DNA of 52,899 nt from Candidatus Methylomirabilota bacterium (GTDB lineage: Bacteria > Methylomirabilota > Methylomirabilia > Rokubacteriales > CSP1-6), in the NCBI GenBank assembly GCA_046726415.1, contig JBKPAK010000245.1, positions 1 through 52,899 on the forward strand, read 5' to 3'. Under the pieces are notes generated by a model, which saw nothing but the letters and a program-made list of their open reading frames with translations, searched no databases and was not told the origin of the DNA. Numbering within the stretch: position 1 is the first letter of the stretch; every line of letters starts with the position of its first letter. Below are positions 29,302-39,000 of the stretch, piece by piece. A program made the position numbers and the translations under genes.

Positions 29302-30276
29302 TCAGGGTGTGACAGCGCTATGCCAGCGCCAGGCACTCTGAGCGATGACGTCGAGGTTGGAATAGCGGGGAGTCCACGAGAGCTCTCGCTCCGCCCTGGC
29401 AATCGCCGCCAGCAGCACCGGAGGGTCTCCGGACCGGCGGGGCGATTCGACGTTCGGGACCTTCCGGCCTCCCACCTGCTCCACCATCGCGATCACTTGG
29501 CGGACGGAGGCGCCCTGACCGGCCCCGAGGTTGTAGACGCGCATCGCCCCCTCGATGGCCGGATGCTGGAGCGCGAGCAGGTGCGCCTCGGCCAAGTCCG
29601 AGACGTGGACGTAGTCCCGTACGGCAGTCCCGTCGGGAGTGGGATAGTCAACGCCGTAGATCTCCAGATGCGGGACGCGGCCCAGGGCCGCCTCGATGGC
29701 GAGAGGGACGAGGTGAGTCTCTGGCTCATGGCGCTCTCCAAGCTCGCCATCCGGATCAGCCCCAGCGGCGTTGAAGTACCGCAGCGAGGTCGCCGCCAGC
29801 CCATACGCTCGGGCATACCAGGCGATCATGCGCTCCGCGCTGAGCTTCGACTCGCCGTAGGGATTCACCGGAGACTGGGGCAGGTCCTCGCCGATCGGCA
29901 CCGCGGCGGGATCGCCGTAGGTGGCACACGAGGACGAGAAGACGAGCTGGCGCACCCCGTGCTCACGCATGGCGTCCAAGAGATTTAGGGTGCCGACCAC
30001 GTTGTTTCGAAAGTACCGGTCGGGATGCGCCATCGACTCGCCGACGTACGCGTGGGCCGCGAAGTGAATCACCGCCTCGATGCGATGCTCAGCAAACGCC
30101 CGGGCCAGGGCGGCCCGATCAGCCAGATCGGCCTCCACCAGGGGGCCCCACTGCACGGCCCATCGGTGTCCTCGCTCCAGATTGTCGAAGGACACGGGCA
30201 GGTGGCGAGCCGCGGCCAGCGCCTTCGCGGTGTGACTGCCGATGTAGCCGGCGCCGCCGGTGACGAGGACGCGCAT
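29302..30276 (-). CDS. galE: UDP-glucose 4-epimerase
   Basis: VTGGAGYIGSH, HFAA, FSSS, YGESK, LRYFNAAGA and DGTAVRDYVHV. Confidence 0.93.
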   Translation of the reverse strand: MRVLVTGGAGYIGSHTAKALAAARHLPVSFDNLERGHRWAVQWGPLVEADLADRAALARAFAEHRIEAVIHFAAHAYVGESMAHPDRYFRNNVVGTLNLLDAMREHGVRQLVFSSSCATYGDPAAVPIGEDLPQSPVNPYGESKLSAERMIAWYARAYGLAATSLRYFNAAGADPDGELGERHEPETHLVPLAIEAALGRVPHLEIYGVDYPTPDGTAVRDYVHVSDLAEAHLLALQHPAIEGAMRVYNLGAGQGASVRQVIAMVEQVGGRKVPNVESPRRSGDPPVLLAAIARAERELSWTPRYSNLDVIAQSAWRWHSAVTP

Positions 30277-30354
30277 GGGACATTGTCGCACGGCGATTCG
30301 CCCCCTTCCGGTGGCCGAGCCGAACGGGAAGGTCAGCCTGCCGAAGGAAGTTCT

Positions 30355-32112
30355 TTACTTCTTCGAAATCAGAAACCGATCGAGGGCCAGATGCGGGAGG
30401 CCAGAGCGCTCGAACGTATCCACGGCATCCTCGGCTGAGCAGACGAGCGGCTCTCCATGCAGGTTCAAGGACGTGTTGAGCACGGCGCCAATGCCCGTCC
30501 GGCGCTCGAACTCGCGGATCACGCGGTGGTAGGAGACATTCCACGGCTCGTCCAAGATGTGCGCCCGCGCGGTGGCGTCGTGGGGATGGATGGCGGCGAT
30601 GATCTCGTCGCGTCGCTTCGGATTGGTGGCGAAGGCGACCATCATGTACGGAGACGTCAGGCCCTTGGGGTTGACCAGATAGTCGGCCTCGCGCTCGCGC
30701 AGGATCGTCGGGGCGAACGGCATCCAGAAGTCGCGGTTCTTGATCATCCGATTGATCAGCCCCCCCACGCGATGGTCGGAGGGGTTGGCGAGGATGGAGC
30801 GGTTCCCGAGCGCGCGCGCGCCAAACTCCATGCGGCCAGCGCAGCGCGCCACCACCCCATCCGAGACGAGCAGCTCGGCGATCCGGTCCTCGATCCGCTC
30901 GCTCTCGCTCACCGCATAGCGGCTCGCGAGGTCGCGTGAGCGGATCACGCCCTCCGCGTCCTCGGGCGTGATGGTCGGGCCGAGGTACGCGGGACCGAAC
31001 GGCCGAAGCGCCGGCTCCACCCCCCTGGCCTGGCAGAGCTGGAAGTATCCGAGGTAGGCCGCCCCGATCGCGTTCGATTCGTCGCCGCACGAGGGAAACA
31101 CGAACAGGTCTCGCACCCAATCCTCGCCGGCCAGCAGCATGTTGGCCTTGACGTTCATGAAGCAGCCGCCGCCCAGAGCCAGGCGTTCGCCGCCGTAGCG
31201 TGCCCGCATCAGGCGAGCCCAGGTCAAGAGCGATTCCTCGACCAGCCGCTGAGCCCCGCCGGCGATGGCGTCGAATCGGAGACCGAGCGTGGTCTCGAGC
31301 AACAGCCGGTAGCGGGGCCCTCGCCGCTTCCAGGCAAAGAGCGTCGGCGGCCCTGGCTCGAGATCGAAGGCTTCGCCGAGCGCCGCCCGCGCCCTCTCGG
31401 CGTGGCCCGAGGCGGCGTAGGGGGCCAGCCCCATCACCTTGTACTCGTGCTCGCCGGCCTTCATGCCGAGCAGGACGGTCACGAGCGAATAGAACGAGCC
31501 CAATGAACCCGGGGCCGAGGGAGTCGCCTCGTGGCGCGTCAGCGCCGCCGCTTCGCCGGTAGAGGCCGTCGCGCACAGCCCGTCGCCGGAGTTGTCGTTG
31601 GTGAGGACGAGGGCCGGCGCCCCCTGGAACGGCGACCCCACGTACGCGGCCGCCGCGTGGCAGGCGTGGTGATCGAGGCAGGCGATCCTCCCTGCGCCCA
31701 CGCCAAGATGCTCGCTGACGAAGCCCAGACGCTCGGCCTGAGAGATCCCGAACTTGCCGCGCGTGCGGCGGACCAGGCCGAGCCTGGCGCCCAGCTTGCG
31801 GCCACGCCGAGCCACCGCCGCCTGTCGGTCATCGAGCCGGACGCCGTAGTATTCCCGGTGGTAAGCCTCGTCGTGGAGGACGCGATTCATCCACTCGCGC
31901 GAGGCCGCTCGTGCGCCGGCCAGCGCCACGAGATCGAGCTGGGCGCGGTCCAGGCGAAGCTCGCGCAGCAGCGCATCGACGGCGCGCCGTGGGTAACCGG
32001 CGTCGTTCTTCAGTCGCGAGAATCGCTCCTCGGACGCGCAGCCGATGATCTCGCCGTCGCGGAGAATCGCGGCGGTGGCGCAGTGGGTCTCGCTGATCCC
32101 GAGGACGAGCAC
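30355..32112 (-). CDS. O-carbamoyltransferase (NodU/CmcH/TobZ family)
   Basis: EERFSRLK, HHACHAA, EYKVMGLAPY, GRMEFGARALGNRSILA and LNTSLN. Confidence 0.92.
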   Translation of the reverse strand: MLVLGISETHCATAAILRDGEIIGCASEERFSRLKNDAGYPRRAVDALLRELRLDRAQLDLVALAGARAASREWMNRVLHDEAYHREYYGVRLDDRQAAVARRGRKLGARLGLVRRTRGKFGISQAERLGFVSEHLGVGAGRIACLDHHACHAAAAYVGSPFQGAPALVLTNDNSGDGLCATASTGEAAALTRHEATPSAPGSLGSFYSLVTVLLGMKAGEHEYKVMGLAPYAASGHAERARAALGEAFDLEPGPPTLFAWKRRGPRYRLLLETTLGLRFDAIAGGAQRLVEESLLTWARLMRARYGGERLALGGGCFMNVKANMLLAGEDWVRDLFVFPSCGDESNAIGAAYLGYFQLCQARGVEPALRPFGPAYLGPTITPEDAEGVIRSRDLASRYAVSESERIEDRIAELLVSDGVVARCAGRMEFGARALGNRSILANPSDHRVGGLINRMIKNRDFWMPFAPTILREREADYLVNPKGLTSPYMMVAFATNPKRRDEIIAAIHPHDATARAHILDEPWNVSYHRVIREFERRTGIGAVLNTSLNLHGEPLVCSAEDAVDTFERSGLPHLALDRFLISKK

Positions 32113-32811
32113 CTAGCCGCGCTCGCTCGTGGATAGGGTCAGCGACAGCTGCCGCTCGCCTCGGACGACGATGAGCCGCAGCGGCTCGTCCGGGTCGAGG
32201 TCGGCGAGCGCGTCGCGCGCCGCCTCTCGCGTGACGACGGGCTGCTCGTTGATCTGGACGATGGCATCGCCGACCTCCAGACCGGCGCGGGCCGCCGCGC
32301 TCCGCGGAATGACGGCGGCCACCGACGGAGTCATCGAGGAAGGTCGCGCCCCGGCCTGCTCGCCCTGAGGCTCTGCGTCTCGCAAGGCAAAGCCGAACTC
32401 GACGGCGACCCGCTCACCGGCCATGGGTCGGGGCATGGACGTGAGCCGCACGGCCAGCGGGCGCCGGCCCTCCGGGCGAAGGACCGTCACGCGCACGTCC
32501 TGATCGGTGCCGGTGGCCGCGATCAGGCGCTGGAGCATCCGCGTCTCGGTCACCGGACGTTCGTTCAAGGCGACGACGATATCACCGTTGCGCATTCCGG
32601 CGCGGGCGGCCGGCGTGTCCTCGATCACGTCGACGATGACCACGCCGAATCCCTCGCGGACGCCATGGCGCTTGGCGAGGCTCTCCATCTCCTGCTCCGA
32701 GAGATCGCGGATGCGCACGCCGAGCCAGGCCCACGGCCGGGCATACGCCGCGGGAACGAAGGCTCCGAGGAGCGCGAGGGCGAGCCAGAGCCCGAGAAGG
32801 ATCCTAGCCAC
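32113..32811 (-). CDS. Exported tandem-PDZ protein without a protease domain
   Basis: Signal peptide, then two PDZ units (WLGVRI...PAARAGMRNGDIV; AAARAGLEVGDAI). Confidence 0.85.
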   Translation of the reverse strand: MARILLGLWLALALLGAFVPAAYARPWAWLGVRIRDLSEQEMESLAKRHGVREGFGVVIVDVIEDTPAARAGMRNGDIVVALNERPVTETRMLQRLIAATGTDQDVRVTVLRPEGRRPLAVRLTSMPRPMAGERVAVEFGFALRDAEPQGEQAGARPSSMTPSVAAVIPRSAAARAGLEVGDAIVQINEQPVVTREAARDALADLDPDEPLRLIVVRGERQLSLTLSTSERG

Positions 32812-33451
32812 GGCCGCGCCTCTGCTGGAGATCGTTCACCAGCGCCTCCAGCGCCCCAGCCAGTAGGACCAGGCGCGTGGTGACATCCAGGGTCTCCAGC
32901 AATCGCTGGCGGATCGCCGCCTCCGGCACGACCGCGGCCGTCACTCGGTCGGTGACGACCCCTGGCGGCTGATCGTCGGCAAGGGCGCTGTCCAGCAGGT
33001 CCGCCGGCCGATCCAGGAGGGCCAGGAGGCGACGGCACGCGGCGCGGATGCGATCCCGCGTCCCCGACACATCCCCCCGCGGCGCCACGTCCTCGAGTTG
33101 TCGCCCGACCGCGATCCGATAGAGCGTGTCACTCGGCCGCTCGGCCTCGATGCGAACCCGCATCTGACCTTTCACGAGAACATTGTAGCGACCCGTGGGC
33201 AGCCGCTCCCACTTGACGATCTCGCCGGCCCCGGCCACCGCGTGGACGGCCGGCTTCGCCGCGTAGGTGGCCTCGTACCCGGGCCGCAGCTGCACGATGC
33301 AGAGACGCCGGTCGCGCGCCAGCGCGTCGACGACGAGAGCGCGGTACCGTGCCTCGAAGATGTGCAGAGGCAGCAGGGTGTGAGGAAAGAAGGTAATGTC
33401 CGGGAGCGGGAAGAGCGGCAACACCAGGGCGCGTGGGGCGGACAGGCTCAC
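32804..33451 (-). CDS. Stand-alone Lon N-terminal substrate-binding domain protein
   Basis: LPLFPL...FPHTLLPLHIFEARY, GRYNVLVKG and QRLLE. Confidence 0.9.
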   Translation of the reverse strand: MSLSAPRALVLPLFPLPDITFFPHTLLPLHIFEARYRALVVDALARDRRLCIVQLRPGYEATYAAKPAVHAVAGAGEIVKWERLPTGRYNVLVKGQMRVRIEAERPSDTLYRIAVGRQLEDVAPRGDVSGTRDRIRAACRRLLALLDRPADLLDSALADDQPPGVVTDRVTAAVVPEAAIRQRLLETLDVTTRLVLLAGALEALVNDLQQRRGRG

Positions 33452-34551
33452 CCGATCTTGGGCAGCGACGTCAGGGGCGCGACCTCAGTCAGACGGCGGC
33501 TGACCGCCGCCGCCAGGCCGCGGAAGGCCGCCGCCTGCGGAGAGTCCGGCCGGCGCACCGTGATGGGAGTGCCCTCGTCACCCCCGGCGCGGACGGCCGG
33601 ATCGAGCGGGATCTGGGCCAGCAGTGGGACGCGGTATTCGTCGGCCACCCGCTGGCCCCCACCTTCCCCAAAGATCGGGTACCGCGTCCCGGTGTCCGGT
33701 GCCACGAAGTAGCTCATGTTCTCCACCACCCCGATGATGGGCACGTTGAGCTTCTGAAACATGCCGATGGCCTTGCGCACGTCGAGCAGCGCCACATCCT
33801 GCGGCGTGGTCACCATCACCACGCCGCTCAACGGAATGACCTGGGATAGCGACAGCTGAGCGTCGCCCGTCCCCGGCGGCATGTCGAACACCAGGTAGTC
33901 CAGGGCTCCCCACATCACATCGCGCAGCATTTGCTGGATGAACGAGTGGATCATTGGACCCCGCCACACGAGGGGTTCGCGGTCGCTCACCAGGAGACCG
34001 ATGGACATCATGGTGAGGCCGTGGGCCTGGACGGGGATGATGCGATTGTCGAACATGCCGGGCTTACCCTTGGAACCCAGCATGAGCGGGATGTCGGGCC
34101 CGTAGACGTCGGCATCGATCAAGCCCACCGACGCCCCTGTCTGCCTGAGCGCGATGGCGAGGTTGACGGCGATGGTGGACTTGCCCACCCCGCCCTTGCC
34201 CGAGGATACCGCGATGGTGTTCCGCACGTCGGGAATAAGATCGGTCTGAGGGGTGGCCGCCGCGCCCTGTCCATGGGCGTGGGCCTGCGGCGCCGGGCGC
34301 CCGGACGCGCCGGCCGAGACCATTTTGATCTGCACCTTGCCGACGCCGGGAATCTGGCCGACGGCGCGCGACGAGGCGCTGTGCAGGGCCACCTTGGTGG
34401 CCGCCGGCTGTGTCGAGAAGGCCAGCGCGAAGGAGATCTGTGACTCCTCAATGACCAGGTCGCGGATCATGCCGAGCGACACAACGTCTTGCTGGCTCTC
34501 GGGGTCTTTCACGGCGCGGAGGGCGGCGAGGACAGCCCGTTCGGTGACCAT
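33448..34551 (-). CDS. mrp: Mrp/ApbC/NBP35-family P-loop ATPase with an N-terminal DUF59-like domain
   Basis: SGKGGVGKST, DADVYGP, WRGPM, DMPPGTGD, VTTPQ and ENMS. Confidence 0.92.
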   Translation of the reverse strand: MVTERAVLAALRAVKDPESQQDVVSLGMIRDLVIEESQISFALAFSTQPAATKVALHSASSRAVGQIPGVGKVQIKMVSAGASGRPAPQAHAHGQGAAATPQTDLIPDVRNTIAVSSGKGGVGKSTIAVNLAIALRQTGASVGLIDADVYGPDIPLMLGSKGKPGMFDNRIIPVQAHGLTMMSIGLLVSDREPLVWRGPMIHSFIQQMLRDVMWGALDYLVFDMPPGTGDAQLSLSQVIPLSGVVMVTTPQDVALLDVRKAIGMFQKLNVPIIGVVENMSYFVAPDTGTRYPIFGEGGGQRVADEYRVPLLAQIPLDPAVRAGGDEGTPITVRRPDSPQAAAFRGLAAAVSRRLTEVAPLTSLPKIG

Positions 34552-34615
34552 AGTCACTCGCACTATAACATTCGCTGATCTTGCATTCACCGGCGGCAGC
34601 TGCTACATAAGAGCG
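34552..34615. promoter_or_regulatory. Compact divergent sigma70-type promoter region
   Basis: Plus strand: TTGCAT-17bp-TACATA with TG extension, 6 nt before ATG 34616. Minus strand: TGtTATAGT, 10 nt before ATG 34551. Confidence 0.5.
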
Positions 34616-35101
34616 ATGATCGCCCCCGACGAATTTCGCCGCGTTCTCGGCCACTTCGCCACCGGCGTCACCCTGGTCACCACCGTCGATCGCGAGGAGC
34701 GTCCCGCCGGTCTGACGGCCAGCTCCTTCACGTCAGTCTCGCTCGACCCACCGCTGATCCTGGTGTGCGTCGACCACAAGGCACAGTGCTACCCCGCCCT
34801 GCGTGACGCCGGCCGCTTCGCCGTCAACATCCTGCATTGCGACCAGGAGCATCTGTCGCGCCGGTTCGCCACCACGTGGGTCGAGAACAAGTTCGACGGG
34901 GTGGAGTACAGCCTCACCGCGCTCGGCCTCCCGCTCATCAAGGATGCACATGCCCACATCGAATGCACCACCGTGAGCGCGCACCAGGAGGGCGATCACA
35001 CGATTTTCGTCGGCCGGGTGGAGAGCGCGTCGGTGGGCGCCGGCCATCCCCTGCTGTTCTATCGCGGCAAGTACGGCCGCATCCACGGAGCCAGCGCGTG
35101 A
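34616..35101 (+). CDS. Flavin reductase (HpaC/DIM6-NTAB family)
   Basis: FRRVLGHFATGVT, SFTSVSLDPPL, GDHTIFVG and PLLFYRG. Confidence 0.92.
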   Translation: MIAPDEFRRVLGHFATGVTLVTTVDREERPAGLTASSFTSVSLDPPLILVCVDHKAQCYPALRDAGRFAVNILHCDQEHLSRRFATTWVENKFDGVEYSLTALGLPLIKDAHAHIECTTVSAHQEGDHTIFVGRVESASVGAGHPLLFYRGKYGRIHGASA

Positions 35102-36180
35102 CCCACATTCCCCTGTCTCGCCCCCCGGTGGACGACGAGATTCGTCGAGCGGTCATCGCCGCCATCGACTCACGGCAGTACATCCTGGGGCCACAGTGCC
35201 GCGAGATCGAGCGCGAACTGGCGCGCGACGCCGGCGTCGCCCATGCCATTCTCACCAGCTCCGGCACGGCGGCCCTGTGGATGGCGCTCCGGGCGCTGGG
35301 CGTGAAGCCGGGCGACGAGATCCTCGTGCCGTCCCACACCGCCTTCCCCACGGTCGAGGCCATCTGCTTCACCGGCGCGACCCCCGTGTTCGTCGATGCG
35401 GACGACTGGTATACGATCGACACGAAGGACGCCGCCGCACGCGCCACGTCGCGCACGGTGGGAATCGTGCCGGTGCATCTGTACGGCCTGCCGGCGGATG
35501 TCGCCGCCGTCCAGGACCTCGCCGCCCGCCTCGGCGTGTGGATGCTCGAGGACTGCGCCCAGGCCCAGGGCGCAAGCTGGGCGGGTCAGCGCGTGGGCAG
35601 CTTTGGGCGCGCGGCCATCTACTCCTTCTATCCGTCCAAGAACCTTCCGGTCATGGGCGACGGGGGCTGCGTGCTCACCAGCGACGACGCGATCGCTGCG
35701 CGCTGCCGCCGCCTGCGCGACCACGGGCGGCTCAGCAAGGATCTGCACGCGGAAATCGGCTTCAATCTCCGCTTCAACGAGCTGCAGGCGGCGGCGGCGC
35801 GCGTGTTGCTCCGTCGGCTCCCCGCCATGAACGACCGGCGCCGGGCCCTGGCCGCGCGCTATCGAGCTGCGCTCGTCGACCTTCCCCTCGGTCTGCCCGG
35901 CGAGCGCCAGCACGGGCGCCACGTGTACCACCTGTACGTCGTCCGCACGTCGCGCCGGACCGAGCTGGCGGACTTCCTCAAGCAGCGCGGCGTTCAGACG
36001 GGCGTCCACTACCCCGTCCCCGCTCATCGGCAGCCCGCGGTGGCCCACCTCGCGCCCCCTTCCCTTCCGGAGACCGAGCGGCTCGTCGATGAGATCCTGA
36101 CGCTCCCACTATCGGCCTGCCACACCGAGGCCGAGATCGACCAGGTGGCGGAGGCCGTGCGCGCGTTCTTCGGGCGTTGA
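35098..36180 (+). CDS. DegT/DnrJ/EryC1/StrS sugar aminotransferase
   Basis: SSGTAAL, PVHLYG, EDCAQA, SFYPSKNL (PLP Lys) and HVYHLYV. GTG overlaps the upstream TGA. Confidence 0.93.
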   Translation: MTHIPLSRPPVDDEIRRAVIAAIDSRQYILGPQCREIERELARDAGVAHAILTSSGTAALWMALRALGVKPGDEILVPSHTAFPTVEAICFTGATPVFVDADDWYTIDTKDAAARATSRTVGIVPVHLYGLPADVAAVQDLAARLGVWMLEDCAQAQGASWAGQRVGSFGRAAIYSFYPSKNLPVMGDGGCVLTSDDAIAARCRRLRDHGRLSKDLHAEIGFNLRFNELQAAAARVLLRRLPAMNDRRRALAARYRAALVDLPLGLPGERQHGRHVYHLYVVRTSRRTELADFLKQRGVQTGVHYPVPAHRQPAVAHLAPPSLPETERLVDEILTLPLSACHTEAEIDQVAEAVRAFFGR

Positions 36181-36229
36181 GCCGGGTTCGCGCGCTCGGC
36201 CGGCGGCCCGCTACCGCCAGCACCCGCGC

Positions 36230-37975
36230 ATGATGCTCTTCGTGGCACCCTTCCGGCGCCTCCTGCCGTATCTCAGACCGTACGTGCCCATGCTCGCCGT
36301 GGGCGCACTCCTCGCCGCCGTCGCGGGAGCGATGGAGGGCGCGGTGGCCTGGCTGGTGAAGCCCGCGATGGACGAGATCTTCGTCAGGCGCGATCTACTC
36401 ATGCTCAAGCTCATCCCCCTCGCGGTCCTGGGCGCGTATGTCCTCAAAGGAGTCACGAGCTATCTGCAGTGGTCCCTGATGGCGTCGGTGGGCCAGCGCG
36501 TGGTGGCCGCGCTCCGCCGGGACCTCTACCGGCACCTGCACGCTATGCCGATGGCCTTCTTCACCGCCACCCACTCGGCCGAACTGGTGTCGCGCGTGGT
36601 CAACGACGTCAGTCGCCTGGCGCGCCTGTCGTCGACGGTCCTGGTCATGGTCGTGCGCCATGTCGGGACGATCATCGCCCTGCTGGTCGTCATGTTCGTG
36701 CGAGAGCCGCTGCTCACGCTCGTCGCCCTCGTCGCGTTTCCGTTCATCGGGGCCATCGTGCGGGTGATCGGCCGGCGGCTCTACCGCATCAACAAGCGCG
36801 AGCAGGAACGGCTGGCCGAGCTGGCCGTCTTCCTCCAGGAATCGTTCGCGGGCACGAAGATCGTGAAGGCCTTCGGACGTGAGCGCGAGGGCCAGGCGCG
36901 CCTCGACGCCCTCAACGACCGATTGCTCCGGCTCTCCCTCAAGAACATCCGGATCAGCGAACTGAGTCAGCCGCTGATGGAAATCGCCGGAGCGCTCGCC
37001 ATCATGGGCATCCTCTTCTACGGCGGTTACCAGGTCATCACCGGGGTGCGGACCCCGGGGGCATTTTTCTCCTTCATCGCCGCGGTCCTTATGCTGTACG
37101 GGCCGGTCCGACAGCTCGCCCGCACCGTCAACAGCGTGCAGCAGGCCACGGGGGCGCTGGAGCGCGTGTTCGAGATCCTCGACACGCCCCCCGCGATCGT
37201 GGACCATCCCCACGCCGTTTCCCTGGAGGTCTTTCGCCACGAGCTCGTCTTCGAGGGCGTGACGTTCGAGTATCCGGACGCCAAGGGGCCGGTGCTGCGC
37301 GACGTCAGCCTGACCATCGCGCGAGGCGAGGTGGTGGCATTCGTAGGCCTGAGCGGGGCAGGGAAGTCCACCCTGCTCGATCTTCTCCCGCGCTTTCACG
37401 ACGTGACCGCGGGCCGGATCACGATCGACGGACACGACGTCCGCGACGTGACGCAGGCCTCCCTGCGCTCCCTGATGGGCATCGTGACCCAGGAGACGTT
37501 TCTCTTCAGCGGCTCCATCCGTGACAACATCCTCTATGGCCGGCCCCTCGCGTCGTTCGAAGAGGTGGTGGCTGCCGCCCGGCGGGCGCACGCCCACGAC
37601 TTCATCCTGGCCTGCCCCGAGGGCTACGAGAGTCTGGTGGGTGAGCGGGGCGTTCGGCTCTCCGGCGGGCAGCGCCAGCGCGTCGCCATCGCCCGCGCCT
37701 TCCTGCGCAACCCGCCGATCCTCATCCTCGACGAGGCGACCTCCGATCTCGACGCGGAGAGCGAATTCATCGTGCAGCAGGCCCTGGCCGATCTCATGCG
37801 CGGCCGCACCGTGCTGGTCATCGCCCATCGGCTGGCCACCGTGCGCGATGCCGACCGCATCGTGGTCATCGACGAGGGGCGCATCGCGGAGATCGGGCGC
37901 CACGATGCGCTGCTCGCGCGCGACGGTTTGTATCGCCGCCTGCACGCCTTGCAGATGGAAGGCGCGCGGAGCTGA
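36230..37975 (+). CDS. MsbA-like ABC exporter (fused TMD-NBD)
   Basis: Multi-helix TM domain, GLSGAGKST, LSGGQRQR, LDEATS and IAHRL. Confidence 0.9.
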   Translation: MMLFVAPFRRLLPYLRPYVPMLAVGALLAAVAGAMEGAVAWLVKPAMDEIFVRRDLLMLKLIPLAVLGAYVLKGVTSYLQWSLMASVGQRVVAALRRDLYRHLHAMPMAFFTATHSAELVSRVVNDVSRLARLSSTVLVMVVRHVGTIIALLVVMFVREPLLTLVALVAFPFIGAIVRVIGRRLYRINKREQERLAELAVFLQESFAGTKIVKAFGREREGQARLDALNDRLLRLSLKNIRISELSQPLMEIAGALAIMGILFYGGYQVITGVRTPGAFFSFIAAVLMLYGPVRQLARTVNSVQQATGALERVFEILDTPPAIVDHPHAVSLEVFRHELVFEGVTFEYPDAKGPVLRDVSLTIARGEVVAFVGLSGAGKSTLLDLLPRFHDVTAGRITIDGHDVRDVTQASLRSLMGIVTQETFLFSGSIRDNILYGRPLASFEEVVAAARRAHAHDFILACPEGYESLVGERGVRLSGGQRQRVAIARAFLRNPPILILDEATSDLDAESEFIVQQALADLMRGRTVLVIAHRLATVRDADRIVVIDEGRIAEIGRHDALLARDGLYRRLHALQMEGARS

Positions 37976-38021
37976 CGCCCACGCACGCGAGCGTCTCGGA
38001 GCATCGAGGGCCCCCCTCTCG

Positions 38022-38804
38022 TCATCGGCTCGACGCGGATGAGGTGCCTCGCCGAGCGAGGGCGAGGCCGAGCATGGAGGCGGCAATGGCCAGCGCCTGT
38101 CGCGCATCCTGGTCGAAGCCCTGGGGATCGCCCTCCCAGAGATCGAGGGTGACCGCACCCCGCTCGGTGGGGACGCGAAGGCGCCCCCCACCCTCGGGAA
38201 GTCGCAGCCCCCGCCCACCGAACCGGTAGCGACCCTCCCCGGCCGCGAAGAGTGTGTCTAGATTCAGCTCCGTCTTCGCCCGCGCCGAGGGATCGACGCC
38301 GTCGGGCGCCGCCGCGACCACCCGGCCGTCCGCGTCCCGGAGAATGAGGCGCCCGAGCTGGAAGGCGCGGTGCAGCTCGTGGACCGCTGCCTCGATCGCG
38401 CCTCCAGCCTGGAGCTGTTCGACGACCCGGTGCAGGGCCAGCAAGTCGTAGCGGGCGCGACGGGCAGCCCGGGACGATCGCTCACGGCGTCTGCCGAAGA
38501 ATGCCGCGATGAGGCCGCACACCGCCATGGCGCAGAAGGCGACGATGTCATCGGTCTTGCTGATGGCGAGCGTGAGGTAGGGCTCGGTCAGGAAGAAGTT
38601 CAAGCTCATGGCCGACACGACCGCGGCGGCCAGTGCGGCAGCGCGCCCCCCGAATTCCGCCACCACGATCACGAAGGCCACGAAGACGAAGGCCAGGTTG
38701 GCCGCCGACGTCACCGTGCGCAGCGGCACCAGGGCCACTCCGAGCGCGATGGCGCCGACCACGCCGGCCGGGATCCAGATTCCGCCTCGATCGTCAGGGC
38801 TCAT
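38022..38804 (-). CDS. DUF4118 (KdpD-type transmembrane) domain protein without a kinase
   Basis: Four TM helices with LNFFLTEPYLTL, followed by a small cytoplasmic domain. Confidence 0.75.
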   Translation of the reverse strand: MSPDDRGGIWIPAGVVGAIALGVALVPLRTVTSAANLAFVFVAFVIVVAEFGGRAAALAAAVVSAMSLNFFLTEPYLTLAISKTDDIVAFCAMAVCGLIAAFFGRRRERSSRAARRARYDLLALHRVVEQLQAGGAIEAAVHELHRAFQLGRLILRDADGRVVAAAPDGVDPSARAKTELNLDTLFAAGEGRYRFGGRGLRLPEGGGRLRVPTERGAVTLDLWEGDPQGFDQDARQALAIAASMLGLALARRGTSSASSR

Positions 38805-38908
38805 ACGAGAAGCGGCCGGCGCGGCATGCCCCACACGTGGATGTCTCGTGTGGCCCGGACTTCATGGGTCATCTCGTGGGAGGACGCTCCCGCGCCGCAT
38901 GGACGCTA

Positions 38909-38937
38909 TTGTACGCGCCGCCGCCTCGTGGTATACG
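38909..38937 (+). promoter_or_regulatory. sigma70-type promoter for the peptide ABC operon
   Basis: TTGTAC-17bp-TATACG with an extended -10 TG. Confidence 0.5.
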
Positions 38938-39000
38938 CTCGTCAACCGCGAGATCACCGCCGCTCTCAGCGCCGCCGGAACCCCTGGTGAAGGAGGAGTC

